Source: Paramoeba atlantica
Lineage: Eukaryota > Protista > Discosea
Direction: 5' to 3'
DNA length: 64,000 nt
NCBI GenBank assembly: GCA_977017575.1
Contig: CDRNVI010000044.1
Coordinates: 1-64,000 of the forward strand
Under the pieces are notes generated by a model that was given only the letters and a program-made list of their open reading frames with translations, was not told where the DNA came from and did not search any database. Within the stretch, counting starts at the first letter, position 1; each line of letters begins with the position of its first letter. A program made the position numbers and the translations under genes. Positions 51,420-62,092 of the stretch are shown one piece after another.

Positions 51420-54400
51420 ATGTCTGAAGACGATCTTCTCAAAGCCTCACCTCCGCCGATGGACGACGATTCATTTTTACAAGAGGAAGCAGTACACAAT
51501 AGAGGATCCTGGGACCAGTTTGCTGGAAACACACATCTCATTAAGCAACGGAGTACGTACAACGAATTGCTCTACACGACCCCTATTCCTGCGAACATTC
51601 CGGAAGAATGGAACATGAACGCCGCCTTGATCTCAACTGAGAACCAGACACGTGATACGGGACAGGTAGATAGTAGCGATGAGGAAACAAACCACTCACG
51701 AGTCATCAGATTACATCATGGACACCAAAAAACGCAATCTGATAGCAACACTATCACTAAAAAGTTTACTCGATGCCAACCATCTTCCACACCCCCAAGC
51801 GTCAAAGGGAATCGGGGAATCGTAAAGTCTCATCGAAAAGCGCGCGAACCAGCTACACCTCGAAAAGGGGAAGCGACGGAACATAACCCCGAAAACAACT
51901 CTCCACGCCAAATAGTACAAGGAACTTCCCTTGAAATCCCACCTTCGACGAGCGAAGCAGTTCTCACGTTTCCATCTTCCCAAAACCGTCCGACACAAAG
52001 GGAGTGCCCCGCAGAAAACTGTATTTGGAAAACTCGTGCCCATGGAGGTCAATGGCAGTCGTACTACAACCACGTTGCTTACCGACACGGAAATAACATA
52101 CCCAATGACTGGTGGACAAAGGAAGGACGATTTCTCTGCGACGCATGCGGTCGTCATTACGATATTAGCAAGAAAACTTCTCATTTGAATCATTGTAAAA
52201 TGCAATCTACACCACCCTCCTCGCAGCCGCCCTCACAACCACAGCAGCCTTCACAGCTGTCAGAGTCCGGGGAAGCCATGTACGATATACAAGGTACGCA
52301 TAGTCTACCGTCCCTAGAGGAAGTTTGCACGACTCAAATAAGCACGTGCAAGGATGTCCCACACCGATGTCGATATCTGTGGACCAGAATTTTTACCGCA
52401 GCCCTCTCCACCGCGGTAAACGAAAACTCACTGAGAGCCTGGACCCTTCTTGCCTTGCTTCCGAAATGCGTCCTACCAGCCCCGTACCGAGGAGGCCGCA
52501 AAGCTCACAAGTCCTATACCTCCTACATCTCAAAGCGAATGGAACTTTGGATACAAGGCCAATATACCACCCTATGGGCCCAAGCAAATTCGGAGCATGA
52601 CAGGAAGCGCTCAAAAGTGCCGAATAATGAGATTGAGGGTGAAGAAGACAAGGCTGCAATACGGGCTGAAATTCTGGTTCGCCAAGGAGAATTTTCCCGA
52701 GGCATGGCTGCCCTTACTGCAGCTCCACTTGCACCATACAGCGAGGAAACCCTGCTAAAGCTGCAGGAAAAACACCCTAGCCCCCATGGTAATCCCATCT
52801 CGTGCCCCCTGCCTCCCCTGGAAGAAGAAGCTTTAAAACTGGACGAATCCGAGGTGAGAAAAGCAGTAGATACCTTCCGTCGCGGATCCTCTGCTGGGAC
52901 TATGGGGCTCCGGCCTGAACACCTCCAAACAGCGCTTCAAGAGCATGTCGACCAGAATATGAATCCTCTTACGACGCTCACTTCCTTCGTAAACCATCTC
53001 CTAGCTGGCAAAGCCCCAGACGAAGTGCAACCTTTTTTTGCAGGGGCACGGCTATGCGCACTCGAAAAAGGGGAAGATGACGTGCGGCCTATCGCTGCGG
53101 GGGAAACCCTTAGACGCCTGGTGAGCAAGGCAGTGTGCCTTTCGATAAAAGAAAAAGCAGGATCCTTCTTTGGACGTCGTCAATACGGGGTCGCAGCGTC
53201 TGCTGGGGCGGAAAGAGTGATACACCTTTGTCGCCGTCTAATGAGAAATAATGAAGAAAATGAGAACATAACGTTCTGTAAGGTGGATCTTCGGAACGCC
53301 TTTAATAACGTGAGCCGACCCGTCTTCATCTTCCTCACACGAAAGCATTTCCCTGAACTATCCCCATGGGTAGAATGGTGTTATGCCAATCACAGCTGTC
53401 TCACATTCGGCAATGATTTTATCCCCTCGGCAGAAGGAGTGCAACAAGGAGACCCTCTGGGCCCACTCCTCTTCTCCTTGGTGTTAGCAGAGGTAACAGA
53501 AGAAATTGCATCAAATTCTAACCTACGAACACAATTATGGTATTTAGATGACGGTGTGCTTGTAGGTGGGCCCAAAGAAGTCCGTAAAGCCCTAGACGTC
53601 CTCGACGAGATAGGACCGAAGTGGGGACTCTTCCTGAATCTCTCCAAGTGCGAGATCATTACCCCCCCAGCATCAGCTCATACCTCCGTTTTCTTTCCTG
53701 ACATCCCCAGTGATAAAATACGGTACGACGGGAACTTCGACATTCTTGGAAGCCCAATAGGCTCTGCGGAACACTGTGCGGAGTTTCTCATGACACACGC
53801 GATTGAACCAGCCCGCGAAACATTAGAAGCTACTGCTGTGTTAGAAGATCCCCAAATAGCTCTCGCACTAATACGGCAATGTTCGGGGTTTTGTCAGATG
53901 GTGTACGCACTGCGCACCACTCCTCCCCAAGCCCTTGGAGAATTATGCCAAAAACTTGACTCTCATCTAGTCCAGGCCGTGGAGCACGCAATTTCTCCCT
54001 TAGGCGTCGCCGCTCGCGACCAAATACAACGACCAAAACGCCACGGCGGGTTCGGACTTCGCTCATCAATTCTCCACCAGTCAGCAGCCTACGTTTCTTC
54101 CGTCGCGCACGCCGCTAGCTTGGACAACTGGGACCCCACAGAAGCTGAGGGATTTTCCAGCTCAGCACATGACATAAATGACAAAGTTGGGACTGATCTG
54201 GTTGATCCATACACTGGACGCATTACCAAACCTAGTGTGCCTGGTGAATATCATGCAAATCGGAGCATCCTTTCCCGCCCAGCGAAAAGAAAACTCGCAC
54301 AATCCCTCAATCACGCCCTTCTCCCGGTCTCGACGGATCAGGAAAAGATCATCCCGAGGCAAAAACATCTCAGCCAAGCTATCTCGGATAGGGAATTTCA

Positions 54401-55220
54401 AACGGCATATTCAAAGGCAGACGCAAGAACGCGGGCGCGATGGATCTCGCAGTCCGGAAAAGGGGCCGGAAACTGGGCTTTCGCAACTCCCTCCAAGACC
54501 AGAGGCTACGCTTTCACCCACACGGAGTTTCGTACCCTAACACGCTGGTGGCTAGGCATGGACGTCTTCCCCGAAGATCGGCCTTGCCCAGCTGACGGGT
54601 GCACCCTTCCCTTGCTCAAGAATGGAGAGCACGCTTTGCTCTGCAAGAACGGCCATGGTATCATCTCACGGCACAACGCTCTGGCCCAACAATTTACATC
54701 GTTCTGCAGCAGAGCCTTCCTGGCGCCACAGAGAGAGAAGAGTTTGGGAAATCGGGGTCCTGGGGGGGCTCTCACGAGACCAGCAGACGTATTTCTGCCA
54801 ACTGCCTCCATCGCCAAAGGATCTTTAGCGCAAGGCATGGTCCTAGATTTTGCGGTCACTCACGCACAGCAAACAAAGTATTTGGACTCAGTCCACAATG
54901 CTAGCTGGGTGACCCCGGGGTCTTTTGCCGAGCACTTCGCGGAGACCAAGGCGCGACAGCGACAAGAAGCAGAAAAAGCAGGACACCTCTTCACAGCGAT
55001 GGTGGTGGAATCCTTTGGTTCCTGGAGCGAGAGTGCGCTAGCGTTACTCCGGGACATCGGAACCCAACGGGCGAATGCATCCAAAGGGCTCCTTTCACGA
55101 GACCAAGCGCGAAACGATCTCCTAACAGATCTGAACGTGACGCTAATGCGTTCTCAAGCCAGGATGATGGTTTCGCGCATCCGCGTAGAGGACCCAGCGG
55201 ATCCTTTGGTAGAGGCTTAA
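51420..55220 (+). CDS. 1266-aa polyprotein: LsmAD-like domain, zinc fingers, RT, CCHC, RLE
   Basis: GSWDQFAGN..STYNELLYTT; CPAENC..H..H; QQGDPLGPLLF; YLDDG; RHN; RPAD..VLDF. Confidence 0.93.
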   Translation: MSEDDLLKASPPPMDDDSFLQEEAVHNRGSWDQFAGNTHLIKQRSTYNELLYTTPIPANIPEEWNMNAALISTENQTRDTGQVDSSDEETNHSRVIRLHHGHQKTQSDSNTITKKFTRCQPSSTPPSVKGNRGIVKSHRKAREPATPRKGEATEHNPENNSPRQIVQGTSLEIPPSTSEAVLTFPSSQNRPTQRECPAENCIWKTRAHGGQWQSYYNHVAYRHGNNIPNDWWTKEGRFLCDACGRHYDISKKTSHLNHCKMQSTPPSSQPPSQPQQPSQLSESGEAMYDIQGTHSLPSLEEVCTTQISTCKDVPHRCRYLWTRIFTAALSTAVNENSLRAWTLLALLPKCVLPAPYRGGRKAHKSYTSYISKRMELWIQGQYTTLWAQANSEHDRKRSKVPNNEIEGEEDKAAIRAEILVRQGEFSRGMAALTAAPLAPYSEETLLKLQEKHPSPHGNPISCPLPPLEEEALKLDESEVRKAVDTFRRGSSAGTMGLRPEHLQTALQEHVDQNMNPLTTLTSFVNHLLAGKAPDEVQPFFAGARLCALEKGEDDVRPIAAGETLRRLVSKAVCLSIKEKAGSFFGRRQYGVAASAGAERVIHLCRRLMRNNEENENITFCKVDLRNAFNNVSRPVFIFLTRKHFPELSPWVEWCYANHSCLTFGNDFIPSAEGVQQGDPLGPLLFSLVLAEVTEEIASNSNLRTQLWYLDDGVLVGGPKEVRKALDVLDEIGPKWGLFLNLSKCEIITPPASAHTSVFFPDIPSDKIRYDGNFDILGSPIGSAEHCAEFLMTHAIEPARETLEATAVLEDPQIALALIRQCSGFCQMVYALRTTPPQALGELCQKLDSHLVQAVEHAISPLGVAARDQIQRPKRHGGFGLRSSILHQSAAYVSSVAHAASLDNWDPTEAEGFSSSAHDINDKVGTDLVDPYTGRITKPSVPGEYHANRSILSRPAKRKLAQSLNHALLPVSTDQEKIIPRQKHLSQAISDREFQTAYSKADARTRARWISQSGKGAGNWAFATPSKTRGYAFTHTEFRTLTRWWLGMDVFPEDRPCPADGCTLPLLKNGEHALLCKNGHGIISRHNALAQQFTSFCSRAFLAPQREKSLGNRGPGGALTRPADVFLPTASIAKGSLAQGMVLDFAVTHAQQTKYLDSVHNASWVTPGSFAEHFAETKARQRQEAEKAGHLFTAMVVESFGSWSESALALLRDIGTQRANASKGLLSRDQARNDLLTDLNVTLMRSQARMMVSRIRVEDPADPLVEA

Positions 55221-55944
55221 GCCTCTACTGACAGTCCAGTTTCAGCACGAAGACGCCATAATATCCAGGACGGGTGCTGGCCGGGTCGACAGAGACTATG
55301 CTCACGCCTAGCCCGCGAGGGCTAGGTACCCCAAGTGAGGTAGTGCACGGGCAGTGAATCTCCTCCCCGTCGGCCAGCATCCTGTTTCGCGACCGTGTCG
55401 CTGTCGACACAGGCCCGCGCCTGCGCCCTCCCACATAACAAGGGAAGGGTTCACAAGTCAGGCCGTGGAGAGGTCGAAAGACCCGGTCCGGAACGCGCGA
55501 ATGGATTGGGTCTGGATTGCTTGTTTTAGTTTTTACTGTGTCTTGTTTGTCGTATATACTTAGGGGAGATTGAATTGCTAGTTTTGGGCTGAGAAAAAAG
55601 AAAAAGAAAATATACTTCTGTGGAAATAAAAAGAATTGCTAATTTGATTGCTTGTTTTAAATTCATATACCCCCCTAAAAAAAAAAAAAAAAAAAATAGA
55701 ATATATTTTTTTTTTTTTTTTTTTGCGATTAATAAGGGGGGAGAAGTATGAAACGCGGCATTGCCTCTATATTACCCAATACATGAACCATGAAGGTCCA
55801 TTGGGGGGGGTATATGATTTGTAAACAAGCAATCAAATTAGCAATTTCACATGTTGTAGCCCAAAACTAGTAATTCAACCTGCCTTAAGTTATTTATGAT
55901 TCTGATAACAATAATAATAAAAAAGGAAGCAATCCACGCCCAAT

Positions 55945-56178
55945 CCATCCGCGCGTTCCGGACCGGGTCTTTCGACCTCACCACGGCCTGACTTGTGGAC
56001 CCTTCCCTTGTTATATGGGAGGGCGCAGGCGCGGGCTTGTGTCGACAGCGACACGGTCGCGAAACAGGAAGCTGGTCGACGGGGAGGAGATTCACTACCC
56101 GTGTACTACCTCACTTGGGGTACCTAGCCCTCGGCGAGCTAGGCGTGAGCATAGACTCTGTCGACTCGACCAGCTTCC
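55945..56178 (-). ncRNA. Family A structured 3'UTR core, copy in A6 (compensatory variant)
   Basis: Arms changed together to GGAAGCUGGUCG / CGACCAGCUUCC. Confidence 0.75.
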
Positions 56179-56276
56179 AGATCAGTTGTTTGCGAGGGCG
56201 CTAACGTGGGCCTGTGCCGACAACGGTGTGGTTAGGAAACGATTATCCCACGAGGGCTACTTACTCCGTTACCAAG

Positions 56277-59200
56277 CTATTGCTCGATCAGCGGAGTGGG
56301 AAGGTCGTCTACCGGCATTCTTGATATCATCATACGTGCCTGGCGACGCATCAGCGTTATGTTCAAGGGGGAGAAGTATGAAACGCGGCATTGCCTCTAT
56401 ATTACCCAATACATGAACCATGAAGGTCCATTGGGGGGGGGTATATGATTTGTAAACAAGCAATCAAATTAGCAATTTCACATGTTGTAGCCCAAAACTA
56501 GTAATTCAACCTGCCTTAAGTTATTTATGATTCAAGTCTGTGACGAGCTGTAGCGTAGCTGCTCCGTCACTGAGAATGCCGTTGGACGCTTTGGCCCGAC
56601 GTTCTCCTACTTTCCGAAGTACTGCTAAGGCACTAGAGCTCCAAGAGCCGTAGCTCTCTACGACCATTGCTGTGAAGTCGCTTCCCGCCGACTCAGATTC
56701 ACGGCGCTGTCGAGCTTTCTGGTCGGAGGCGTAGTGCTCAGCGAAAGACCCCGCGGCCACCCAGCTAGCATTTCTGACTGTGTCCGTGTATTTTGATTGC
56801 TGGGCGTGAGTGACCGCGAAGTCAAGCACTATAGGTTTTCCGAGGAAGAGGCTCGGCATGAAGACGTCCCCCGGTCTGGTCAAGGCACCCCCTGGGCCCC
56901 TATTCCCGAGGCTTTTCTCGCGCTGGGGTGCTAGGTGGGCCTGGCTGCAGGTGGCAGCAAACTGATCGACTAACGAGTGGTGTCGCCGGATGATACCTTC
57001 CCCATGCTTACACGTGAGAGCATGGTCTCCGTGTATGTCAAGGGGGAGCGTGCAGTTCTCCCTGGGGCATTTTGATTCTTCCCCGTAGACTGGTACCCCC
57101 AACCACCAGCGGGACAAGGTACGGAATTCTGTTGGGGTGAAGGCGTGACCGGTGTCTTTGGATGGCGTTACGAAAGCCCAGCTATTGGCCCCTTTCCCGC
57201 TCTGGGAGACCCAACGTGCGCGAGTCCTGGCGTCAGCCTTTTCATAAGCTCGCGAAAATTCCGTAGCCGAAATCGCGTGGCTTATGTCCCTTTGGCGGGG
57301 GATACCCTTTTTCGCCCAGTCCGGCAGCTTCGCGTCAAAGCAATCCTCCGTTGCATACAATGGGCATGACGTAGGGGGGAGATCATCGGGTGACAAGGGG
57401 GGGCGATCGTGTGGAAGGGAAGGGGGATTCGCAGATGAAGTAGGATCATGGGTATCCGGCTGGCGTGGGCGCTTTGCGGGGCGATGCCTCGGAGGAAATT
57501 CTTCGCATTTGTGGTGCGGGATAGTGCACACACGGCCACTTGAGTTGAGAAGCTTGGTGCCAACCTTCGCGTTTATGTCGTCAATAGATGATAGAAAGCC
57601 TTCTACTTCGGATGGATCCCAAGAGTCCATGTCTGCTGCAAAAGCAACCGAGGAAACGTAGGCTGAGGTTGCGTGAAAGGATGCTGACCGTAACCCGAAT
57701 CCTCCGTGTTTTTTCAGGCGCTGAATTTGGGACCGTGCAGAGGGAGGCAAGGGGCATAAACATGACTCTACCGCGTGCATGAGAAAATCATCCAGACGCT
57801 CGCATAAAAGTGTAAGTGATTGTGGTGGGGTCGTGCGGAGAGCGTGGACCATTTTGCAGAACCCGGCGCATTGCCGAATAAGCGCCATTGAAACCTGTGG
57901 GTCTTTGATTCTAGTTATAGCTTCTAACGCCGTTTCTGCTGGTTCAATGGCGTGCGTTGTCAGGTATTCGGAGCAATACTCTGGGGATCCAATCGGACTT
58001 CCTAGAACGCTAAAGTCGCCACGTACGTTGATTTTGGTGTCCGGTATGTCGGGAAACAAATTTGTCACGTTAGCCGAGGCAGGGGAGGTAATGATTTCAC
58101 ACTTCGACATGTTCAAGTGCAAGCCCCAGCGAGGGCCTACCCTGGCGATCGTGTCCAGTGCATTTCTGGTGTCTTGGGCCTTGCCTATGAGAACCCCGTC
58201 GTCAAGGTACCATAATTGTAGGTCCAAGTCGGCCTGGTGATTGATTTCGTTTGCTAATTCCAGGGCGACCAGGGAGAAGAAAAGAGGTCCGAGGGGGTCC
58301 CCTTGTTGGACACCTTCGTCCGATAGGAGCGTGTGGGTTCGGTAAGTGCACTAGTGGTGGTACAATGCACTAGTGGTGGTATAGCACCAGCTTGCCCATG
58401 GGAATAATTCTGGGAAGTGCTCGCTTACAAGCTTCAGGAAGGCGGTTCTGCTAACGTTGTTAAAGGCGTTTCTGAGGTCTACTTTGCAAAGAACAAAGTC
58501 AGGGTTATCAGTGTGGATGGCCATGGCTTGTCGACAAGTGTGGATTATGCGTTCAGCTCCGACTGGTGTCGCCACTCCGAACTGTAGCCCTGCGAATATG
58601 CCGCTTGCCTTGGCTTTAACTACGTTGCACGCAGTTTTGCTGACCAATCGACGAATAGTTTCCCCCGCAGCTATGGGTCGGACGTCGTTTTCGCCCTTTT
58701 CTAAGGCGCAAAGTCTGGCTCCGGCGAAATACGGTTGAACCTCTAGAGGGGCTTTACCGGCTAGAAGGTGATTTACGAGGTTTGTAATAGCTTTGAGAGG
58801 TTTCGTAGTGTTGTCTACCTGCGCTAGGAGTGCCACTTGTAGGTGTTCTGGGCGTAGGCCCATGGTTCCGGCGGAGGAGCCTCGGTGAAAGCTTTTGATG
58901 GTTTTCGCGACTGTCGCTTCATCTACCTGTAAGGGCGCTGTTGGTGGGGGGGTGTAATCGATGGCGTCGCTGTCTGAAAGGCGGCACGGGTGTTTGTTCT
59001 GAAGCTTGATATACGTTTCTTCGTCGTCAGGAGCCATTGGGTCAGCCGTGAGTGCTGCCATTCCTCTTGAGTACTCGCCTTGTCGAACCAGCAATTCTGA
59101 CCGGATGGCAGCTTTTTCCTCCTCATCGTGAACTATGTTAGGGGTTGCGGATTGCTTTTTGAGGGCGTTGTTTACTGTATCATTCCACAAAGGTACGTAA

Positions 59201-60333
59201 TCTTGCGCCAGCCATCGGTTCATGCACTTTTCGACGAATGATGCGTATGTTGTGTGATTCTTGCGTCCTCCTCGGTGCGGAGCTGGTAGGAGACACTTCG
59301 GGAGCATAGCGAATAACGTCCACGCGGCGGGGGAGTTTTCCTTGACTGCCTTTTCGGCCGTTTTTGTTAAGATTTCTCCCCAAAGATGACGGCATCGGGC
59401 GGGGACGTCTTTGCAAGTGCTCAATTGTGTCTGAGAAATAGAGGCCAACGAGGGAAGCTCGGGTTGATGCATCTGAGTTGTGGGGGGGTGGCTTTCGTCG
59501 CTTGGGTGTGACATGTGTTATGGGCTTTGAGGGGTTGTCATCTTTCCCTTGCAGGACTGTGGGTGTGTTTCCCTTTTATTGACATCGTAAGAGCGCCCGC
59601 ATGCAGCACACAGGAATCTACCTTCTGTAGCCCACCAGGCGGCAGGGATGCTGATACCGTGGCGACAGGCGACGTGGTTATAAAACGCTTGCCACGATAC
59701 CCCGTGCGCCGGGCTCCGCCAAGTGCATCCCATCGCGGGGCATTCTCGGAATTCTTCTCTGTTTTGTGTAACTTCGGTGGCTGAGTCCTTGGCCTCAGCT
59801 AGGAGAGGTGAGGGAGGGTTTTTCTCTGTCGCCGGTATTCGTTTAGAATGCCTCGTGTCTGTCTTCGTGGGTCCTTTCGAGGGAGAAACGTTGTGTAGCA
59901 GACGGGGAGAGACGTCCTGTACTACGGCATTAAGCTTCAGTGTTTTGTCGGGGGTCCGAGATGCAGGTGCGTTCTCATGAGTTGTGCTCTGCCGTCTTAC
60001 CCCACAGTGTTGCATTTCCTCGTTTTCTGCCTCAGTATGGCCCGTGTCTGGAGTTTCCCTCTCCTGTGCAATTTGGCGTGCGTGATCCATCCATTCCGCG
60101 GGAATATCCATGGGGATCGGCGTGGTATAAAGTTGCTCGTTGTATGTACTTGCAGTGGAGATCAAGTGTTTGTTCCCCTCAAACTGGTCCCAACTGCCGA
60201 GTCGGTGGGAACGCTCTTCATCGGTGAAAGTGCCTTCGCTGAGCTTACCTTCGTTTGTGTTAGTCAATATGTGGGGTGAAGGTGGATTTTTGTCTAGGCT
60301 TGCGCGAGATCGAAGACTTTGATCGCTTTTCAT
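56277..60333 (-). pseudogene. A6 polyprotein with three lesions
   Basis: In-frame TAA at 59518-59520; a 16-nt direct duplication (58347-58362 / 58366-58381) causing a frameshift; a 164-bp insert at 56367-56530. The C-terminus LNITLMRRQARMMISRMPVDDLPTPLIEQ* resumes after the insert. Confidence 0.88.
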
Positions 60334-60475
60334 GGGGAAGGACGCTAATCCCCGGGGAGTAACTAAAGAAAGGAAAAATAATTCAACAAGGTACAGAAAC
60401 TGTATCTTTATCGTTAAAAAAAAAAATAGAATATATTTTAGAAGAAAGAATTTTTCAGTCTTGAACGTTTGAGGT

Positions 60476-60527
60476 TGTCTTAATAAAAAGTGTTGTCTTA
60501 ATATAAAGTGTTGTCTTAATAAAAAGT
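60476..60527. repeat. Short tandem repeat (GTTGTCTTAATAWAAAGT)x~3
   Basis: Read directly; related to the repeat at 62030-62092. Confidence 0.8.
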
Positions 60528-60854
60528 ACCCAACTATCCAAGAACTATCCATTAAGATTTTCTTTTTCTTTTTCTTTTTCTCTTTATGATGATGAAATAT
60601 GGACTTTATATATTTTGTTTTGTAATTTTATCGCTTCAAAAAAAGTCTAATGTTTTTATGTACGTTTCGAACTTTCCACCACTTAAAACCCTTCACCCTA
60701 CTTCCTTCCTTCCCCTACTTCCTTCCTTCCTTCCTTCCTTCCTTCCCCTACTTCCTTCCCCTCACTACATTCACTTCCCTTCTCCCACTTACTCCCTTCC
60801 GACTGACTCGTCCCTACTGACCGACTCGTCCGCACTGTGGCCCATGTGGTCCAG

Positions 60855-61127
60855 GACCTCCGCTCCCACCCCGTTAGCAGTATCAGATACTTTGTGTTGC
60901 TGTACGAGGGTGGGAGACGTGGAGGTGACCTCCGCTCCCACCCCGTTAGCAGTATCAGATACTTTAGGTTGCCGTACGAGGGTGGGAGACGTGGAGGTGA
61001 CCTCCGCTCCCACCCCGTTAGCAGTATCAGATACTTTAGGTTGCCGTACGAGGGTGGGAGACGTGGAGGTGACCTCCGCTCCCACCCCGTTAGCAGTATC
61101 AGATACTTTAGGTTGCCGTACGAGGGT
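60855..61127. repeat. 72-bp tandem repeat, ~3.8 copies, each a long imperfect hairpin; dispersed copies at ~61307-61376 and ~61490-61540
   Basis: Unit starts at 60855, 60927, 60999 and 61071. Confidence 0.95.
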
Positions 61128-61720
61128 GAGTCTACCTTTTTATGTATGGATTCCAACTTTTCCACAATTTCCACACTTACGGCCCTTCACTTTCCCTTAC
61201 TCCCGATACTTTCCACACCTACTCCTCTTAGCCCTCTCGTACTTCCCTTCCCTCACTCCCTACCCCACTCACCGATCCGCATGCACCCAGGCCCGTATGG
61301 TCCTGCACCTCCGCTCCCACCCCGTTAGCAGTAATAAATACTTTTGGTTGCCGTACGAGGGTGGGAGACGTGGAGGCCACGAAACACAAAGACGTCGTCA
61401 CGCCGAGGGAGAAGAGCGCGGAGAGAGACACGGGGCGACTGACGCAGGGGCGAGAGGAGGCGAAGCACGGGCCCATCTGCCAGGAACTCTGCCCCCACCC
61501 CGTGAGCAAGTATTGTATACTTTTGGCTGCTGACACGGGGGTGGTGGACGCGAGAGAGAAACACAACAGGGGGGCAAGCGCACTGCGGAGGGAGGGTGAG
61601 GTGGGGGGATGCGGCGCAGGGGGGTGATGGGACGAGACGGGGAAGGGGGATGCCGACAAAAAGGAGTGTATTTGAGGGGGGTGCCCTCCCATGGTCTGGA
61701 AGATGGTGTATGGAAGAAAA

Positions 61721-61758
61721 CAACAAGGTACAGAAACTGTATCTTTATCGTTAAAGTT
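61721..61758 (-). other. Complete 38-nt spliced-leader exon copy
   Basis: Exact reverse complement of 51336-51373, directly after a poly(A). Confidence 0.88.
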
Positions 61759-62000
61759 TTTTTTTGCGATTAATAAGGGGGGAGAAGTATGAAACGCGGC
61801 ATTGCCTCTATATTACCCAATACATGAACCATGAAGGTCCATTGGGGGGGGTATATGATTTGTAAACAAGCCATCAAATTAGCAATTTCACATGTTGTAG
61901 CCCAAAACTAGTAATTCAACCTGCCTTAAGTTATTTATGATTCTGATAACAATAATAATAAAAAAGGAAGCAATCCACGCCCAATCCATCCGCGCGTTCC
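61759..62000 (-). repeat. Family A type-1 tail fragment (A6-like) with poly(A)
   Basis: Matches ~55725-55958. Confidence 0.85.
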
Positions 62001-62029
62001 AAAAAAAAGTTTTTTTTTTTTTTTTTTTT

Positions 62030-62092
62030 GTCTTAATACAAAAAGTGGTCTTAATACAAAAAGTGGTCTTAATACAAAAAGTGGTCTTAATA
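62030..62092. repeat. 18-bp tandem repeat (GTCTTAATACAAAAAGTG)x3.5 between two T-tracts
   Basis: Read directly. Confidence 0.9.

Larger units (their letters stand above)
51336..55696 (+). mobile_element. Family A CRE-like element A4, full length
   Basis: Full SL, intact ORF, 3'UTR core at 55272-55504, type-1 tail, poly(A) at 55677-55696. Confidence 0.93.
55706..60418 (-). mobile_element. Family A CRE-like element A6, full length but inactivated
   Basis: SL at 60384-60418, ATG at 60333, 3'UTR core at 55945-56178, poly(A) at 55706-55724. Confidence 0.9.
60530..61758 (-). other. SL-led unit without RT homology, containing the 72-bp repeats (possible non-autonomous element or copied host mRNA)
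   Basis: A complete SL at 61721-61758 is joined to a unique sequence. The first ATG at 61692 opens a 154-aa ORF with no motif I recognise. Confidence 0.55.

Noticed and set aside
6966-55220. Bacterial RT systems (group II intron, retron, DGR) suggested by the bacterial left end
   Set aside because: QQGDPLGPLLF/YLDDG with CCHC-RLE, SL leaders and poly(A) tails indicate eukaryotic CRE-clade elements.
59518-59520. Stop-codon reassignment (in-frame TAA in A6)
   Set aside because: TAA, TAG and TGA all terminate intact ORFs at homologous positions, and A6 has two other disabling lesions.
60855-61127. CRISPR array
   Set aside because: The units are contiguous 72-bp repeats with no unique spacers, and there are no cas genes.
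10953-61758. Intact SL RNA genes or linked 5S rRNA
   Set aside because: No SL copy is followed by the GT donor and intron, and I recognised no 5S or tRNA sequence.
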